Source: Pyrinomonadaceae bacterium (lineage in GTDB: Bacteria; Acidobacteriota; Blastocatellia; Pyrinomonadales; Pyrinomonadaceae). Taken from it: DNA of 64,000 nt. The stretch is from positions 96,001-160,000 of the forward strand of contig JBKBYA010000004.1 in NCBI GenBank assembly GCA_046313635.1, written 5' to 3'. Each line of letters starts with the position of its first letter. Position 1 is the stretch's first letter. This document shows positions 62,064 through 64,000 of the stretch, one piece after another. Under the pieces are notes generated by a model. It made no database searches. It worked only from the letters and a program-made list of their open reading frames with translations, and had not been told where the DNA came from. Both the position numbers and the translations under genes were made by a program.

Positions 62064-63455
62064 TCAGTCGAGTAAGTATCTCTTGCCCGCCTCGAGGAGC
62101 CTTTCGACATCGTCCATCGAGTCGCTCTCGGCATAGATCCGGACCATCGGCTCGGTGCCCGACGGACGCATCAGCATCCAAGCTCCGCCGGCGAAAAAGT
62201 ACTTCACGCCGTCGAGACGATTTACGTTTTCAACCTTGCGGCCCGCGATCTCGGACGGGTCGGCCGCGAGTTTTTCTTTCAGCTTCTCGGCGACCTCCGG
62301 CGTGAGCCTGACGCCGATCCGGTCGGAGTAAAGCCGCCCGACTCTCGACCACAGCTCCGAGAGCTGCTCGGTCAGTGAAGCCTTTCTCACGGCGACGGCC
62401 TCGACCGCCAAAAGGCACGCGAGAATGCCGTCCTTCTCGGGGTAGTGGCCCTTGATCGAGAGCCCGGCCGATTCTTCGCCGCCGAGAATGATCGCGTCCT
62501 TGTTTATCAATTCGCCGATGAACTTAAACCCCACCGGCGTTTCAAAAAGCTCGAGTCCGCGGGCCTCGGCGACCCGGTCGACCAAGTGAGAGGTCGCAAC
62601 GCTGCGTGCGACACCGTCCTTCCAACCGCGGCTCTCGGCCAAATAATCTGTCAATACGGCGATCAGCTCGTTCGGCGTGATAAATGTGCCGTTAGAGTCG
62701 ATGATGCCGAATCGGTCCGCGTCGCCGTCGGTCGCAAGACCGAGCGTGAGATCCTTTTCAATGACGAGCGACTTGAGTTCGGCGATGTGCTCCTCGCCCG
62801 GTTCCGGGGCCTGGCCGCCAAAGGTAACGTCCCGCCAGTCGTGAAGCGTCTCTACCGCGAGCCCGTGGTCTCGCAGGACCTTGTCCAAATAACCTCGGCC
62901 CGTGCCCCACAGCGGATCGTAAGCGAACCGGCCGCCTGCCGACGCGATCGCGTTAAAGTCGATCTTGGCGGCGAGGTCCGCAAGATAAATGTCTCTTGCG
63001 TCAAGATCGTCGACCGATCCTCCCGGGGCGTCGTCGACGGCTAGTTCAGGGTCGACGATCGCCGCCTCGATCTGCGAGGTGACCTCAGGCAGGGCCGGTG
63101 CCCCGTCGGCGGTCGAGAACTTGATCCCCTGATACTCGGGCGGATTGTGCGACGCGGTGAAATTGATGCCGCCGGCCGCACCCTTGCTGCGAATCGCGAA
63201 CGAGATCGCCGGTGTCGGCGTGGTGCCGCTGCAGCGCAAGACCCTAAAGCCCTTGGACGCCGCGATATTCGCCGCGACCGAGACAAAGCTTTCACCCATG
63301 AACCGCGAGTCGTTGCCGATCACTATCGGCCGCGCACTTTCGCCATTCGTTTTCAAATAGCTGCATATCGCCTTGGTGACAAGCTCGACGTTAGCGAACG
63401 TGAATTCATCGGCGATCACGGCCCGCCAGCCGGACGTTCCAAAGCGAATCGACAT
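62064..63455 (-). CDS. Phosphoglucomutase/phosphomannomutase
   Basis: IRFGTSGWR, TASHNP, DGDADR, GGEESAG and RPSGTEP motifs. Confidence 0.92.
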   Translation of the reverse strand: MSIRFGTSGWRAVIADEFTFANVELVTKAICSYLKTNGESARPIVIGNDSRFMGESFVSVAANIAASKGFRVLRCSGTTPTPAISFAIRSKGAAGGINFTASHNPPEYQGIKFSTADGAPALPEVTSQIEAAIVDPELAVDDAPGGSVDDLDARDIYLADLAAKIDFNAIASAGGRFAYDPLWGTGRGYLDKVLRDHGLAVETLHDWRDVTFGGQAPEPGEEHIAELKSLVIEKDLTLGLATDGDADRFGIIDSNGTFITPNELIAVLTDYLAESRGWKDGVARSVATSHLVDRVAEARGLELFETPVGFKFIGELINKDAIILGGEESAGLSIKGHYPEKDGILACLLAVEAVAVRKASLTEQLSELWSRVGRLYSDRIGVRLTPEVAEKLKEKLAADPSEIAGRKVENVNRLDGVKYFFAGGAWMLMRPSGTEPMVRIYAESDSMDDVERLLEAGKRYLLD

Positions 63456-64000
63456 ACCTCGAAGTCAAAGATGCCTACTGCAACCTTCCCTGGGTTGAGA
63501 TTAATCAACGATGCTGCTGTTGACTGAATGTAGTTGTCGGGTAAAGAGCTGAACTTCTTCCCTTGAAGTGAGAGTGAATTTAGCACACGGAAAATTTGTT
63601 TGTAAAGTGTGCTTAAAATTAATTTTTGATCTGCCGTATCAACGATTTGAGAGGGCTCGCCTAACGTGCTCAGTAACAGCTGCGCTTAACAGTGAACGGA
63701 TGGTGAACATAAAATCGGGCCGAACGCACGGCCCATTCAAAGCCTATATCGCAAGCGGCAGCGTGCGGCCAGCCGTGCAGCGAATGTTCGATCGCAGCGT
63801 CGAGCTGGCGGCCGCGATTAAACCAGTGTTTAATCCGGCAGTGTTGCGACGATGATTCCTAAGCGCTTTGACGGCAAACCGCGGTGTGTCAGAATGCCAC
63901 CACGGGGCGAACATAGTTGCAATTGTGTCATTGTGAGCCGGACGGGCCGGGCCGGTCTCGCTCCCGTAATAGGTTTAAATGCATCTATTTCAGCCTTTAA

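Overview
High-GC bacterial chromosome segment. Gene content (Acidobacteria-type VWA protein, several secreted proteins with C-terminal FG-GAP-like repeats) suggests Acidobacteriota, probably Blastocatellia; this is an inference. The housekeeping backbone includes moaC, moeA, glmM, aroB, a DinG-family helicase, queD, surE-pcm, rpsU, a phosphohexomutase and tRNA-Pro(CGG). Two accessory blocks stand out. (1) 16.3-23.2 kb is an apparently self-contained regulon: a degenerate LDH-like protein, a Cys-rich FNR-like Crp regulator, a stand-alone cNMP-binding protein, a decaheme MtrA/DmsE-type cytochrome with an MtrB/PioB-like barrel, and a nonaheme c7-type cytochrome. Four (T)GTGAC-N4-GTCAC(A)-type palindromes mark its transcription units, two at exactly the class II (-41.5) activator position. 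(2) 24.5-33.1 kb is a lower-GC defence operon: type III-like Res, a tandem C2H2 zinc-finger ORF, Mod, and an RloC-like AAA/HEPN protein. It lies next to mddA and is bracketed by heptamer repeat tracts. The window also has a nested REP/REPIN-like repeat cluster at its start and three secreted proteins sharing one C-terminal module. All calls come from motif recognition by eye; no database searches were run. Where a downstream start codon looked more plausible, starts were shortened relative to the ORF track.
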